64,000 nucleotides of DNA, from the IMG/VR virus record IMGVR_UViG_3300042881_003883, positions 19,930-83,929 of that record; one strand, written 5' to 3'. The stretch comes from a virus. Taxonomy: Duplodnaviria > Heunggongvirae > Uroviricota > Caudoviricetes. The notes below the pieces were generated by a model, which was given only the letters and a program-made list of their open reading frames with translations, ran no database searches and had not been told where the DNA came from. A program made the position numbers and the translations under genes. This document shows positions 19,332-28,633 of the stretch, piece after piece. The first letter of the stretch is position 1; every line of letters starts with the position of its first letter.

Positions 19332-21668
19332 ATGGCAGAAAGAATTGTATCACCCGGAGTATTCACAAGAGAAAACGATTTATCGTTCTTGGCTCAGGGT
19401 ATCGGAGAAATTGGAGCAGCGTTTATAGGACCTTTCAAACAAGGACCTGCGTTTGTTCCCACAATCGTAAGAACACAATCAGAATTCGAAAACATTTTCG
19501 GAACACCTGATGGAACATACTACACAGAGTATGCGGTTCAAAACTATTTAAGAGAAGCAGGTACTGTGACTGTTGTAAGGGTAATGGATACCGGAGGATA
19601 TACACAAGCTACACCAATTGGTTTAGTTGCTAGTGGTTCTGCTGGTAAGAAATTAATCTCTACTATTCACTCAACCAACAATGGTGATGCTGAAGTAGGA
19701 TTTGGTCCATTTACTGTAACACCATCATTAACTATATCTGGTTCATTTGTAGTTTCTGGTTCTGGTATTGGTTTTGTATCATCATCTTTAGTTCCATCGG
19801 CAACTAATGATGTAAGTGATGTATTTGGTGAATCACCATTTGGTTCAAAAGATGGATATGTTTATTCATACTTTGAAAATGAAGCATCTGCATTTAATTA
19901 CAATACAAGCAATCCTGCTGGAGCAGTTGTAGCAATTGCATTACCATCTCAAGTATTTGGTGGTACTGATTTAGGATTAGGAGCACCTTCGCAAGCTGGA
20001 GCATCTCCTGCACAAACTCCTTATGTAAAATCACAACTTATTTCTGGTGAGAGATATGAATTATTCCGTTTCCATACATTAGGATATGGTAACAACGAAA
20101 ACACAAGATTTAAAATCGGTATTTCTAATGTGAAAGCAGCTGGTGAAGATGGAGCAACTGATTACTCTACATTCTCTGTATCTGTAAGAGCATACAATGA
20201 TACTGATAAGAGAAAATCAGTATTAGAAACATTTAACAACGTAAACTTAGACCCTGCATCTCCTAACTTTATAGCTAGAGTAATTGGTGATAGATTTATG
20301 ACAATTGATTCAACTGGTAAAATTACTGAATATGGTGATTGGTTGAATAACTCAAAATATATTAGAGTAGAAGTTAAAGAGCAAGGTTCATACCCTGTAT
20401 CAGCAGCACCATTTGGACATGGAGCTTATACTAATCCAATTGAAACAACAACAACAACACAGGCCGAATGGATACCTGCTGTTGTTTTCCAAACTGGTTC
20501 AGTAGATAATACTGCTGGTTCACCAATTTATTTTGCTGGTTTTGATTTCGAAACAATTGGTATTAAATTAGATAACGCTAATTATTTGGCACCATTACCA
20601 ACTACTAAAATTGGAGCAAACGTAGATTTCGGATTTGATTCTCAACTTACTTATGTAATGAGTGGTTCTGATTCAACTGATATGGCTAAGAGACAATTTA
20701 TATTAGGTTTCCAAGGTGGATTTAACGGACAATCTCCGGCAACTCCAATTAACTTAGGAACGGCAATATCAGCAGCTAACTCACAGGGATTTGATTTATC
20801 AACTTCTGTAGCTAGTGGATATGAGGCATACTCTAAAGCAATCAACGCAATTTCAAACGCTGATGAATATGATATCAATATGGTTGTAACTCCGGGTGTT
20901 ATTAGAAGATTACACACTCCGGTTACTACTAAAGTAATTGATATGGTTGAAGCTAGACAAGATTGTTTCTACATCGCTGATTTTAACGCAGCACCTGATA
21001 CAATAGCACAAGCTACTACTCAGGCAGCAGCAGTTGATTCAAACTACGCTGGTACTTACTACCCTTGGGTTAAGATGGTTGATTCAAACACTAACAAATT
21101 AATAAGTGTTCCACCATCAGTATTGTTACCTGCTGTGTACGCATCAAATGACGCTATTGCGGCTGAATGGTTCGCACCTGCTGGTTTGAATAGAGGAGGA
21201 ATCGTAGGAGCTGTTTCAGTTCTTAATAGATTAACACATTCTGAAAGAGATACTTTATATGAAAACAAAGTAAACCCAATCGCTTCTTTCCCTGGGCAAG
21301 GTATTGTAGCATTTGGACAAAAAACGTTGCAAGATAAAGCATCAGCATTGGATAGAATCAACGTAAGAAGATTATTGATTACCGTTAAAAAGTATATCGC
21401 ATCTACTTCTAGATTCTTAGTGTTCGAACAAAATACCGCAGCAACTCGTGGTAGATTTATCAACACTGTACAACCTTACTTAGAAGGAATTCAACAAAGA
21501 CAAGGTTTATACGCATTCAAAGTAGTTATGGATGAATCTAACAACACACCTGATGTAGTAGATAGAAACATTTTAGCAGGACAGATATTCTTACAACCAG
21601 CAAAAACTGCTGAATTTATTGTAATTGATTTCAATATCTTACCTACTGGAGCAAGTTTCTCAGCATAA
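19332..21668 (+). CDS. Tail sheath protein (T4 gp18-like)
   Basis: N-terminal SPGVFTRENDLS; C-terminal WFAPAGLNRG, VNPIASFPGQG..FGQKTL, RINVRRLL, FEQN, IFLQPAKTAEFIVIDF. Confidence 0.95.
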   Translation: MAERIVSPGVFTRENDLSFLAQGIGEIGAAFIGPFKQGPAFVPTIVRTQSEFENIFGTPDGTYYTEYAVQNYLREAGTVTVVRVMDTGGYTQATPIGLVASGSAGKKLISTIHSTNNGDAEVGFGPFTVTPSLTISGSFVVSGSGIGFVSSSLVPSATNDVSDVFGESPFGSKDGYVYSYFENEASAFNYNTSNPAGAVVAIALPSQVFGGTDLGLGAPSQAGASPAQTPYVKSQLISGERYELFRFHTLGYGNNENTRFKIGISNVKAAGEDGATDYSTFSVSVRAYNDTDKRKSVLETFNNVNLDPASPNFIARVIGDRFMTIDSTGKITEYGDWLNNSKYIRVEVKEQGSYPVSAAPFGHGAYTNPIETTTTTQAEWIPAVVFQTGSVDNTAGSPIYFAGFDFETIGIKLDNANYLAPLPTTKIGANVDFGFDSQLTYVMSGSDSTDMAKRQFILGFQGGFNGQSPATPINLGTAISAANSQGFDLSTSVASGYEAYSKAINAISNADEYDINMVVTPGVIRRLHTPVTTKVIDMVEARQDCFYIADFNAAPDTIAQATTQAAAVDSNYAGTYYPWVKMVDSNTNKLISVPPSVLLPAVYASNDAIAAEWFAPAGLNRGGIVGAVSVLNRLTHSERDTLYENKVNPIASFPGQGIVAFGQKTLQDKASALDRINVRRLLITVKKYIASTSRFLVFEQNTAATRGRFINTVQPYLEGIQQRQGLYAFKVVMDESNNTPDVVDRNILAGQIFLQPAKTAEFIVIDFNILPTGASFSA

Positions 21669-21691
21669 ATTAACAAATAAAAAAATAACTA

Positions 21692-21700
21692 ATATTTATT
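21692..21700 (+). promoter_or_regulatory. Putative late promoter motif variant ATATTTATT
   Basis: 20 nt upstream of the tube gene ATG. Confidence 0.45.
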
Positions 21701-21720
21701 AGTATAATAGGAGATAAAAC

Positions 21721-22209
21721 ATGGCAGAAGTATTAGAATTTTCACAAATGATGTTTACCAACTTCGAACCGAAGATGAAGAACCGCTATATTATGGAGAT
21801 TGACGGAATTCAATCTTACTTAATAAAATCAGCGGCTAGACCATCTATCACTTTCGAACCGGTTAAACTAGACCATATCAACACTTATCGCAAATTGCAA
21901 GGTAAGGGAGAATGGCAGGACATTACAATAACATTGTATGACCCAATCGTTCCATCTGGAGCACAACAAGTAATGGAATGGGTTCGTTTAGGATATGAAT
22001 CGTTAACTGGTAGAAAAGGTTACGCCGATTTCTATAAAAAGGACATCGATTTCTATATGCTAGGGCCTGTTGGTGATAAAATCGAACAATGGAAGTTAAA
22101 AGGAGCATTTATTGTATCTGCTAACTTCGGAGATTTATCATTTGATTCAAACGATGCAGCTGATATCGAATTGACATTGGCTTATGATTACGCAATTTTA
22201 GAATTCTAA
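21721..22209 (+). CDS. Tail tube protein (T4 gp19-like)
   Basis: 162 aa directly after the sheath gene; EPKMKNRY, W.DITITLYDP, W.L.GAF...FGDL, LTLAYDYA. Confidence 0.9.
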   Translation: MAEVLEFSQMMFTNFEPKMKNRYIMEIDGIQSYLIKSAARPSITFEPVKLDHINTYRKLQGKGEWQDITITLYDPIVPSGAQQVMEWVRLGYESLTGRKGYADFYKKDIDFYMLGPVGDKIEQWKLKGAFIVSANFGDLSFDSNDAADIELTLAYDYAILEF

Positions 22210-22236
22210 AATAAAAATCAATAATTACATTAATTA

Positions 22237-22272
22237 GAGAGGTTCTTTTATTAAGAATCTCTCTTTTTTTTT
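22237..22272 (+). terminator. Intrinsic terminator after the tube gene
   Basis: GAGAGGTTCTT-TTATT-AAGAATCTCTC stem (one G-U pair) followed by 9 T. Confidence 0.85.
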
Positions 22273-22289
22273 AATTTTTCAAAAAGTAT

Positions 22290-22298
22290 ATATTTATA
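22290..22298 (+). promoter_or_regulatory. Putative late promoter motif ATATTTATA
   Basis: Just downstream of the terminator and upstream of the chaperone gene. Confidence 0.6.
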
Positions 22299-22320
22299 TA
22301 CAAACAAATAAAGGTTAATT

Positions 22321-23094
22321 ATGAGCAATACTAAATTCGATTTCCCAACGGAAATTATTGATTTACCATCAAAGGGGTTAGTGTATCCCGAAAAACACCC
22401 ATTAAGAAAGGGTAACATTGAAATCAAATACATGACAGCTAGAGAAGAAGATATCCTTGCATCACAAACTTTAATTAAAAAAGGTGTGGTATTGGATAAA
22501 TTATTCGAATCTATTGTTGTTGAAGAAGGTGTTAATATCAACGATGTATTTATTGGAGATAAAAACGCAATTTTAATGGCAACAAGAGTATTAGGTTATG
22601 GGGCTGATTATACTGTTGAAATTACTGACCCATTTACATTGGAAAAACAATCAGTAACAATTGATTTATCTAAGGTGAAAACTAAAGATGTTAATGAATC
22701 TCTATTAAATGGTGAAAATAGATATAAATTCAAATTACCAAAATCAGGTAAAGAGTTGGTATTTAAATTACTAACACACGGTGATGAAACTGAAATTACA
22801 AAAGAAATTCAAGCATTAGAAAGATTATATAAAGGAAAGGGAGAAAAAACATTTGATGTTACTACTCGTTTGAAATATATGATACAATCTGTTGATGGAA
22901 ATGAAGATAAAGGGTTTGTTACAAGCTGGATTCAAAATGGATTCCTTGCATTGGATACTAAGGCATTTAGAAAATATGTTAAGGAGTTAAGTCCGGATAT
23001 GGATTTAAAATTTGATTTCACATCAGATGTAACAGGCGAAACGGAGGCGCTAGATATCCCATTTGGGATAAACTTTTTTTACCCTACCGAGTGA
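22321..23094 (+). CDS. Tail assembly chaperone / baseplate-hub assembly protein (short form)
   Basis: Between tube and tape-measure genes; LPSKG..YP, MTAREEDIL, F.LLT.GDE; ends ...INFFYPTE* across a T7 run. Confidence 0.7.
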   Translation: MSNTKFDFPTEIIDLPSKGLVYPEKHPLRKGNIEIKYMTAREEDILASQTLIKKGVVLDKLFESIVVEEGVNINDVFIGDKNAILMATRVLGYGADYTVEITDPFTLEKQSVTIDLSKVKTKDVNESLLNGENRYKFKLPKSGKELVFKLLTHGDETEITKEIQALERLYKGKGEKTFDVTTRLKYMIQSVDGNEDKGFVTSWIQNGFLALDTKAFRKYVKELSPDMDLKFDFTSDVTGETEALDIPFGINFFYPTE

Positions 23095-23287
23095 TTATAG
23101 TATTCAACTCCATACTCAAATTTGGGAGTTGGTTAATTATGGTAATGGATTCAGCTGGAATGATGTGTATTTCATGCCATCACAATGGAGAAAATTCTAT
23201 TTTAACAAATTAATTGAGTTAAAAAAGAAAGAATCCGAAGAACATAAAAAAGCACAACAACAATCGAAAGTGAGGATTAAAAGATAA
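23072..23287 (+). CDS. Start-less +1-frame ORF; probable frameshift extension of the chaperone (gpGT-like); not in the supplied ORF track
   Basis: After TAA at 23069-71 it reads TFFTLPSDYSIQLHTQIWELVNYGNGFSWNDVYFMPSQWRKFYFNKLIELKKKESEEHKKAQQQSKVRIKR*; no ATG until codon 35; ends inside a terminator. Confidence 0.7.
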   Translation, partial: TFFTLPSDYSIQLHTQIWELVNYGNGFSWNDVYFMPSQWRKFYFNKLIELKKKESEEHKKAQQQSKVRIKR

Positions 23288-23302
23288 TCCTCACTTTTTT
23301 TT
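23267..23302 (+). terminator. Intrinsic terminator overlapping the stop codon of the +1 ORF
   Basis: Perfect 12-bp stem AAAGTGAGGATT/AATCCTCACTTT with a 7-nt loop and a T-run. Confidence 0.85.
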
Positions 23303-23308
23303 ATCTTT

Positions 23309-23317
23309 ATATTTATA
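23309..23317 (+). promoter_or_regulatory. Putative late promoter motif ATATTTATA
   Basis: Immediately after the terminator, upstream of the tape-measure operon. Confidence 0.6.
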
Positions 23318-23341
23318 GGAGTACGAATAACATAAATTATT

Positions 23342-23536
23342 ATGGGAAAGAAAAATTTAAACGAAGGTTCAATTGTTGGATTCATAAATCGTTTTTTAGA
23401 TGACCTTCAAAAGGGTACTCAAGACAGGTTTATACAACAAGCCAAAAAGAAAGGAGTTCCTACTCACGTTACTGCCAGATTAACAACCATTGAAAAAGAA
23501 ATCAAAGAGTTAGAGAAAATTCTTAAGGATTTATAA
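23342..23536 (+). CDS. Hypothetical protein (64 aa)
   Basis: ORF fills the gap before the tape-measure gene; helical, charged composition. Confidence 0.6.
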   Translation: MGKKNLNEGSIVGFINRFLDDLQKGTQDRFIQQAKKKGVPTHVTARLTTIEKEIKELEKILKDL

Positions 23537-23542
23537 TAAATT

Positions 23543-26500
23543 ATGGCAGATAGCAACAGTCTACTTAAAGAAAGAGTTGAGATACTAAAACAAATTAAGC
23601 AAATTCAGCTTGAGCAGGGAAAAGATGCCGCTAAGTTGGATGAAACTTATATTAAATTAAAAAGTAGATTAGAGGGAATAGTAGGTACTTTAAAGACATT
23701 TGTTGATAATCAAAATAAAACAGTACAGGGTGCTGTTACATTAGAGCAAGAAGCTAAATCGTTGGGTACAATATACTCAGCTGTTTCTAATGAAATGCGA
23801 ACTCAAGCGATATTACAAAGAGATATAGCAACTAGTGTATCAGACCAATTAGCAAGAGGTAGTGAAATTTCTGAAAGAAATAAAACATCATCTGATATTG
23901 TAACTGATATATTATCACAATATAACGAACAATCATCGATAGCAAAAGAGTTAGCTCAACTAACCGCTGATGATATTGTTCAAAAAGCTGAATTAGAAGA
24001 TAAATTAAATTCAATTAGTGACCAAATTCAAGAGCAAGTTAATGCATTGGATAAGAGAACTAATGTAGCTAAACAATTTCTAAGTATTCAAGGGCAAATA
24101 GAAGCATCCATTGAATCTCAGGTTGTAGCTGCAAGGGATATGGCATCTCTAACACAAGAACAAAAAGATATATTAGAAGAACAGGCAACTGCGTTTGATG
24201 CTATAAAGAAAAAAATAGGAGCATTAGGTTCAACCTTAACAACATTTTTACTAAGACCTCAAGCAGCTATTGGAGCATTAGTAATTGCAACTGGTGCGTT
24301 CGCCAATAAATTTGGTGATATGAATAAAGAGTTGGGGCAATCATTCTCACAAGGATTGAACTCTTCAACTACATCCGCAACTGCATTAGGATTTATATTT
24401 GAAGATACTGCTAGTACTGTAAAATCATTAGCATCTGAATTCGGAGATGTATCTGCTGCAACATTCCAAACACAAGCTAATGTTGGGTTAATAGCTGCTA
24501 ATATGGGTATAACAAATACCGAAGCAGTTGGATTAATGGGTTCATTTGCAAGGTTGAATGGTGGTTCAACCGAAATAGCAGCAAATATGATTAAAACCAC
24601 TCAGGAGTTTGCAAACCAAAATGGAATTATACCTGCCGATTTAATGGCAGATTTAGCTGGTTCAGCTGAAGAGTTTGCATTATTTGGAAAAGATGGTGGT
24701 AAAAATATATTACAAGCAGCAGGATACGCTAAGAAATTAGGTGTAAATATGAGTACCATTAGTGGTGTTGCTGATAACCTATTGGATTTCGAATCATCTA
24801 TTACTAAGGAATTAGAATTAGGTGCAATGCTTGGTAAAGATATCAACTTAGATAGAGCTAGAGCATTAGCATATGAAGGTGATATGCAAGGTGCAATGAA
24901 TGAAACCTTAAGTGCATTAGGTGGTATTGAAGCATTCAACAAAATGGATTACTTCCAAAAGAAAGCATCCGCTGATTTATTAGGAGTTTCGGTTGCAGAA
25001 TTGGAAAAAATGGCTACAAACCAAGAGAATGCCAATACAATGGGTGCTGCTGTAAATGAAACGTTTAGTGCTATGGGGGAAACCCTTAACATGGGATTAA
25101 ATAAATATTTAGGTACTGGATTAGAGGGGCTTGGTGGGATGATTACAATGAGTGGTCAACTTGGCCAAGGGTTTAAATCATTGGGCATCGATATGGGTGG
25201 TATAGTTACTAAATCAGCTGATTTCTTAAAGAACTTAGTTAAGATGGGTGCACAAAAAGTAGCTGGTTTATTTGGTGGGGGTGCTACTGATGCTGTTGCT
25301 GGTGGAGCTAAAGATAAACTTTTAGCTGGTGTTGGTGATAAAGCAAAAAGTATAAAAACACCGGATACCGATGCTGGGGATAAGATGGGTAAAATGGGTA
25401 AGGGTATTAAGGCAAATGATTTAATTAAAGGAGCCGCAGCTATGTTAATTATGGCAGCCGCATTATATGTAGCAGCTAAAGCATTCCAAGAATTTGCAAC
25501 TGTTAAGTGGGAAGATGTTGGAAAGGGTTTAGTTGGGGTAGCTGGTTTGGCCGCAATTGCTTATGTATTAGGAAAAGCACAAGGTGATATGATAAAAGGA
25601 GCATTGGCAGTAGCAATATTAGGATTAGCATTAGTACCATTTGCATACGCAATGAGTTTAATAAGTGGATTGGACATTGGTTCAGTAATAGCAGCTGGAG
25701 CTGGTTTAGTAATATTTGGAGCAGCTGCATTCGCATTAGGTTCATTAATGATGACTGGTGCAGGAGCATTTATATTTGGAGCTGGTTTATTAGCATTAGC
25801 TGGATTAGGAATTGCAATGATGACATTGGGTGCTGGTTTATTAGTTGCCGCAGCTGGATTTAACGCAATTGGTGGTTCTATGGGAAGTGTAATATCATCA
25901 ATATCACAAATCGGAGATGTATTGGCTGGTATATTCGCATTTGTAGGACCAATGGCTATGTTATCACTTTCATTGGGGGTACTATCATTCGCATTGATAG
26001 GATTTGGTATGGCTGGTTTAATAGCCGCACCTGGTTTACTTCTTGTGGGAGCTGGTATAATGATGGTTGGTGCTGGATTAACACTAATATCAACTGCACT
26101 TACTACATTAAGTGGTGGATTAGGAAGTGTGTTAGGAATACTTCCACAAATAGGAAGTGTATTGAGTGGAATGTTTGAATATGCTGGACCGATTGCTATG
26201 TTATCACTTTCATTAGGTACATTATCGTTAGCATTGATGGGATTCGGATTAGCCGGTTTAATTGCCGCACCTGGTTTACTTCTTGTGGGAGCTGGTATAA
26301 TGTTGGTTGGTACTGGATTAAGTTTAATAACTACTTCACTAGCTACATTAGGTGGTGGATTGACAAGTGTTATAACGGCAATGTCAACGGTTGGTAGTGT
26401 TATTGGAGAAATGTTCCAATACATTGCACCAATAGCCGCTCTATCTCTTGCGTTAGTAGGATTAGCTGGAGCATTGACTTTAGTAGGTGTAGCTGGTATA

Positions 26501-26752
26501 GCTGCATTGCCTGGTTTAATGGCTGTAGCTGCTGTTGGAGCAATAGCAGTTGGTGTTGGTTCAATGTTAGGAATGGGTGGTGGAGAAGGAGCCGGTGCTG
26601 AAGGTGGTGATACCGCATTATTAGATGAAATTAAAGGTTTAAGAGCTGACCTTAGTTCTGGTAAGGTTGGTGTTTATATGGATGGAACAAAAGTATCAGC
26701 CGCAATTGGTAGAGTGGTAAATAAGGTAGGAAGTAATTCATACGCAATATAA
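23543..26752 (+). CDS. Tape measure protein
   Basis: 1069 aa; coiled-coil N-terminus, LLDFESSI.KELE.....G..INLDRAR.LA motif, Ala/Gly-rich hydrophobic repeats; canonical position. Confidence 0.85.
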   Translation: MADSNSLLKERVEILKQIKQIQLEQGKDAAKLDETYIKLKSRLEGIVGTLKTFVDNQNKTVQGAVTLEQEAKSLGTIYSAVSNEMRTQAILQRDIATSVSDQLARGSEISERNKTSSDIVTDILSQYNEQSSIAKELAQLTADDIVQKAELEDKLNSISDQIQEQVNALDKRTNVAKQFLSIQGQIEASIESQVVAARDMASLTQEQKDILEEQATAFDAIKKKIGALGSTLTTFLLRPQAAIGALVIATGAFANKFGDMNKELGQSFSQGLNSSTTSATALGFIFEDTASTVKSLASEFGDVSAATFQTQANVGLIAANMGITNTEAVGLMGSFARLNGGSTEIAANMIKTTQEFANQNGIIPADLMADLAGSAEEFALFGKDGGKNILQAAGYAKKLGVNMSTISGVADNLLDFESSITKELELGAMLGKDINLDRARALAYEGDMQGAMNETLSALGGIEAFNKMDYFQKKASADLLGVSVAELEKMATNQENANTMGAAVNETFSAMGETLNMGLNKYLGTGLEGLGGMITMSGQLGQGFKSLGIDMGGIVTKSADFLKNLVKMGAQKVAGLFGGGATDAVAGGAKDKLLAGVGDKAKSIKTPDTDAGDKMGKMGKGIKANDLIKGAAAMLIMAAALYVAAKAFQEFATVKWEDVGKGLVGVAGLAAIAYVLGKAQGDMIKGALAVAILGLALVPFAYAMSLISGLDIGSVIAAGAGLVIFGAAAFALGSLMMTGAGAFIFGAGLLALAGLGIAMMTLGAGLLVAAAGFNAIGGSMGSVISSISQIGDVLAGIFAFVGPMAMLSLSLGVLSFALIGFGMAGLIAAPGLLLVGAGIMMVGAGLTLISTALTTLSGGLGSVLGILPQIGSVLSGMFEYAGPIAMLSLSLGTLSLALMGFGLAGLIAAPGLLLVGAGIMLVGTGLSLITTSLATLGGGLTSVITAMSTVGSVIGEMFQYIAPIAALSLALVGLAGALTLVGVAGIAALPGLMAVAAVGAIAVGVGSMLGMGGGEGAGAEGGDTALLDEIKGLRADLSSGKVGVYMDGTKVSAAIGRVVNKVGSNSYAI
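25921..26400 (+). repeat. 240-nt (80-aa) tandem duplication in the tape-measure gene
   Basis: GCCGCACCTGGTTTACTTCTTGTGGGAGCTGGTATAATG occurs at about 26024 and 26264. Confidence 0.85.
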
Positions 26753-26753
26753 T

Positions 26754-28328
26754 ATGGCACAAACATTAGAAGAATTATTTAAAAGTAAACAATTAGCATC
26801 TCAGGATGGTAAAACTGCTGCCGTTGCTTATGATGTACGAAATAGTAAAGATATTAGGATATCTACTACTGATTTATTAGTAAATAATACTGGATTTGCA
26901 GCTGCAAGATTATTAAGAAAAGTAATTGGTGTAAGAAGAAGTGAAACTTTATTAGAAGAAGAGTTGACAGGAGTTCGTATAATCAGAGGATTATCAACAC
27001 CTGTAATATATGGTAATGAACTAACGAGAATTACACTAAGAACTACACCAATGTTGGATGCTATGAAATCAGCTACATCGGGTGAATTGAGTGATAGCGG
27101 TAAGATTGGTGGAAAGGTTTCAAAATTAAGAGATAGTGTAAATTCTAAATTAGGTATTCCAATAGGAGCAACTCCAACTTATGTAGTTGGTAAATTGATG
27201 GCAGGTGGAACGCTTGGTACTGAAAAAATAAATTTAGGATTGGTTCAAGATAGAATGAATGATTTAGCTGCAATTAAAAAATCAGCCGAAGGTTCATTAT
27301 TAGGTAAGTTACTAAAAGGTTTAGGTGGTGGTAATTTAAAAACTATTGGTAAACAAGCATTAGGAGCCGCTATAAAACTTGGTAAAGATGCGCTTAGAAA
27401 TAAACTATTTGGAGGTTCGGAACGTACTGGATTAAAAACAGAAGGAACTGTAATTGTAAAGGGTAGTGTTACTGGATTTACTAAAACCAGTACTGATTTT
27501 TTTGGAGTTGTTTCAACTAATTATGGATTTGATAAAGATGCAACTCCATCAACTAAACCTGAAAATGGACAGCTTGATGCAAAAGGTGCATCTTATACTA
27601 AAACAATATTTCCAGAAGGAGATACACCTAAAGATAGAAATGATTTATCATATAAGCAGGAATTAGAATTCAAACCAATTATATTCTCAAAAGAACCTGA
27701 TAAAATAAAAAAATTCTCAGAATCTAAAAAACAATCTAAGTGGGATAAGACTACATTTTTAGAAACTGATAAGCGTGGTATGTACACCAATAGGGATATA
27801 ATAAATGAATTGGATGTAAATGCAAAAAATGAAGATGCTGATTTTGTTGCTTTAAGATTTCAATCAGTAGCTGATAAAAAGCTTGTTCAATTTAGAGGTA
27901 CAATTACCGCATTAACTGAAACAATGTCACCAAGTTGGGATTCTAATAAATTTATAGGTTCACCATTTAATTATTATACATATACTGGAATTGAACGTAG
28001 TGTTAGTTTTAATTTTAAAGTATTTTCTTTAAATGAAGCTGAACATACAATTGCTTGGAAAAAATTAGATGCGTTGACTGGTATGACTTATCCAACTGCA
28101 TATTCTGGGTTATCTGTTACACCACCTTTAATGTATTTTACAGTGGGTAACTTATATAAAGGTAAAGAGGCATTTATAGATTCATTATCATATACAATTG
28201 ATGATAATTATCCTTGGGAAATTAAAAAAGGTATGGTATTGCCAATGATAGTTGATGTTGCTATTAGTATGACACTAATTGAAAGTAAATCAACAACTTA
28301 TAACAAATCAAAATATGCATATAAATAA
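26754..28328 (+). CDS. Baseplate / tail-tube initiator-like protein
   Basis: C-terminal FRGTIT.LTE..SPSW....IG....YTY.GIERSVSFNF...PP.....GN.Y; position after the tape-measure gene. Confidence 0.6.
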   Translation: MAQTLEELFKSKQLASQDGKTAAVAYDVRNSKDIRISTTDLLVNNTGFAAARLLRKVIGVRRSETLLEEELTGVRIIRGLSTPVIYGNELTRITLRTTPMLDAMKSATSGELSDSGKIGGKVSKLRDSVNSKLGIPIGATPTYVVGKLMAGGTLGTEKINLGLVQDRMNDLAAIKKSAEGSLLGKLLKGLGGGNLKTIGKQALGAAIKLGKDALRNKLFGGSERTGLKTEGTVIVKGSVTGFTKTSTDFFGVVSTNYGFDKDATPSTKPENGQLDAKGASYTKTIFPEGDTPKDRNDLSYKQELEFKPIIFSKEPDKIKKFSESKKQSKWDKTTFLETDKRGMYTNRDIINELDVNAKNEDADFVALRFQSVADKKLVQFRGTITALTETMSPSWDSNKFIGSPFNYYTYTGIERSVSFNFKVFSLNEAEHTIAWKKLDALTGMTYPTAYSGLSVTPPLMYFTVGNLYKGKEAFIDSLSYTIDDNYPWEIKKGMVLPMIVDVAISMTLIESKSTTYNKSKYAYK

Positions 28329-28339
28329 AATAAAAGTAT

Positions 28340-28630
28340 ATGGCAAGTAGATACGAAAATACAGAAATCAGAAATACTAATGATGGTAGACGAGTATATC
28401 GTTCAAAGATATACCCTGATATTCCATTAAGTGATACTGATATCTATGTAGTTACTGAATCAGATGATAGATTTGATACTCTAGCATATCAATACTATGA
28501 AGATGCATCACTTTGGTGGATAATTGCATCTGCTAATAATATACATGATGCACCATTTGGAATTCAAGATGGAACTGTATTAAGAATACCTACAAATTAT
28601 ATAGAGATAAGCAACAATTTTAATCAATAA
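28340..28630 (+). CDS. LysM-domain baseplate protein
   Basis: DRFDTLAYQYYEDASLWWIIASANN...G.VLRIP. Confidence 0.85.
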   Translation: MASRYENTEIRNTNDGRRVYRSKIYPDIPLSDTDIYVVTESDDRFDTLAYQYYEDASLWWIIASANNIHDAPFGIQDGTVLRIPTNYIEISNNFNQ

Positions 28631-28633
28631 GTT

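Noticed and set aside
23092-23100. TGA readthrough or an alternative genetic code
   Set aside because: TGA is followed by TTA TAG in frame; conserved genes elsewhere are intact and end sensibly at TAA, TAG or TGA.
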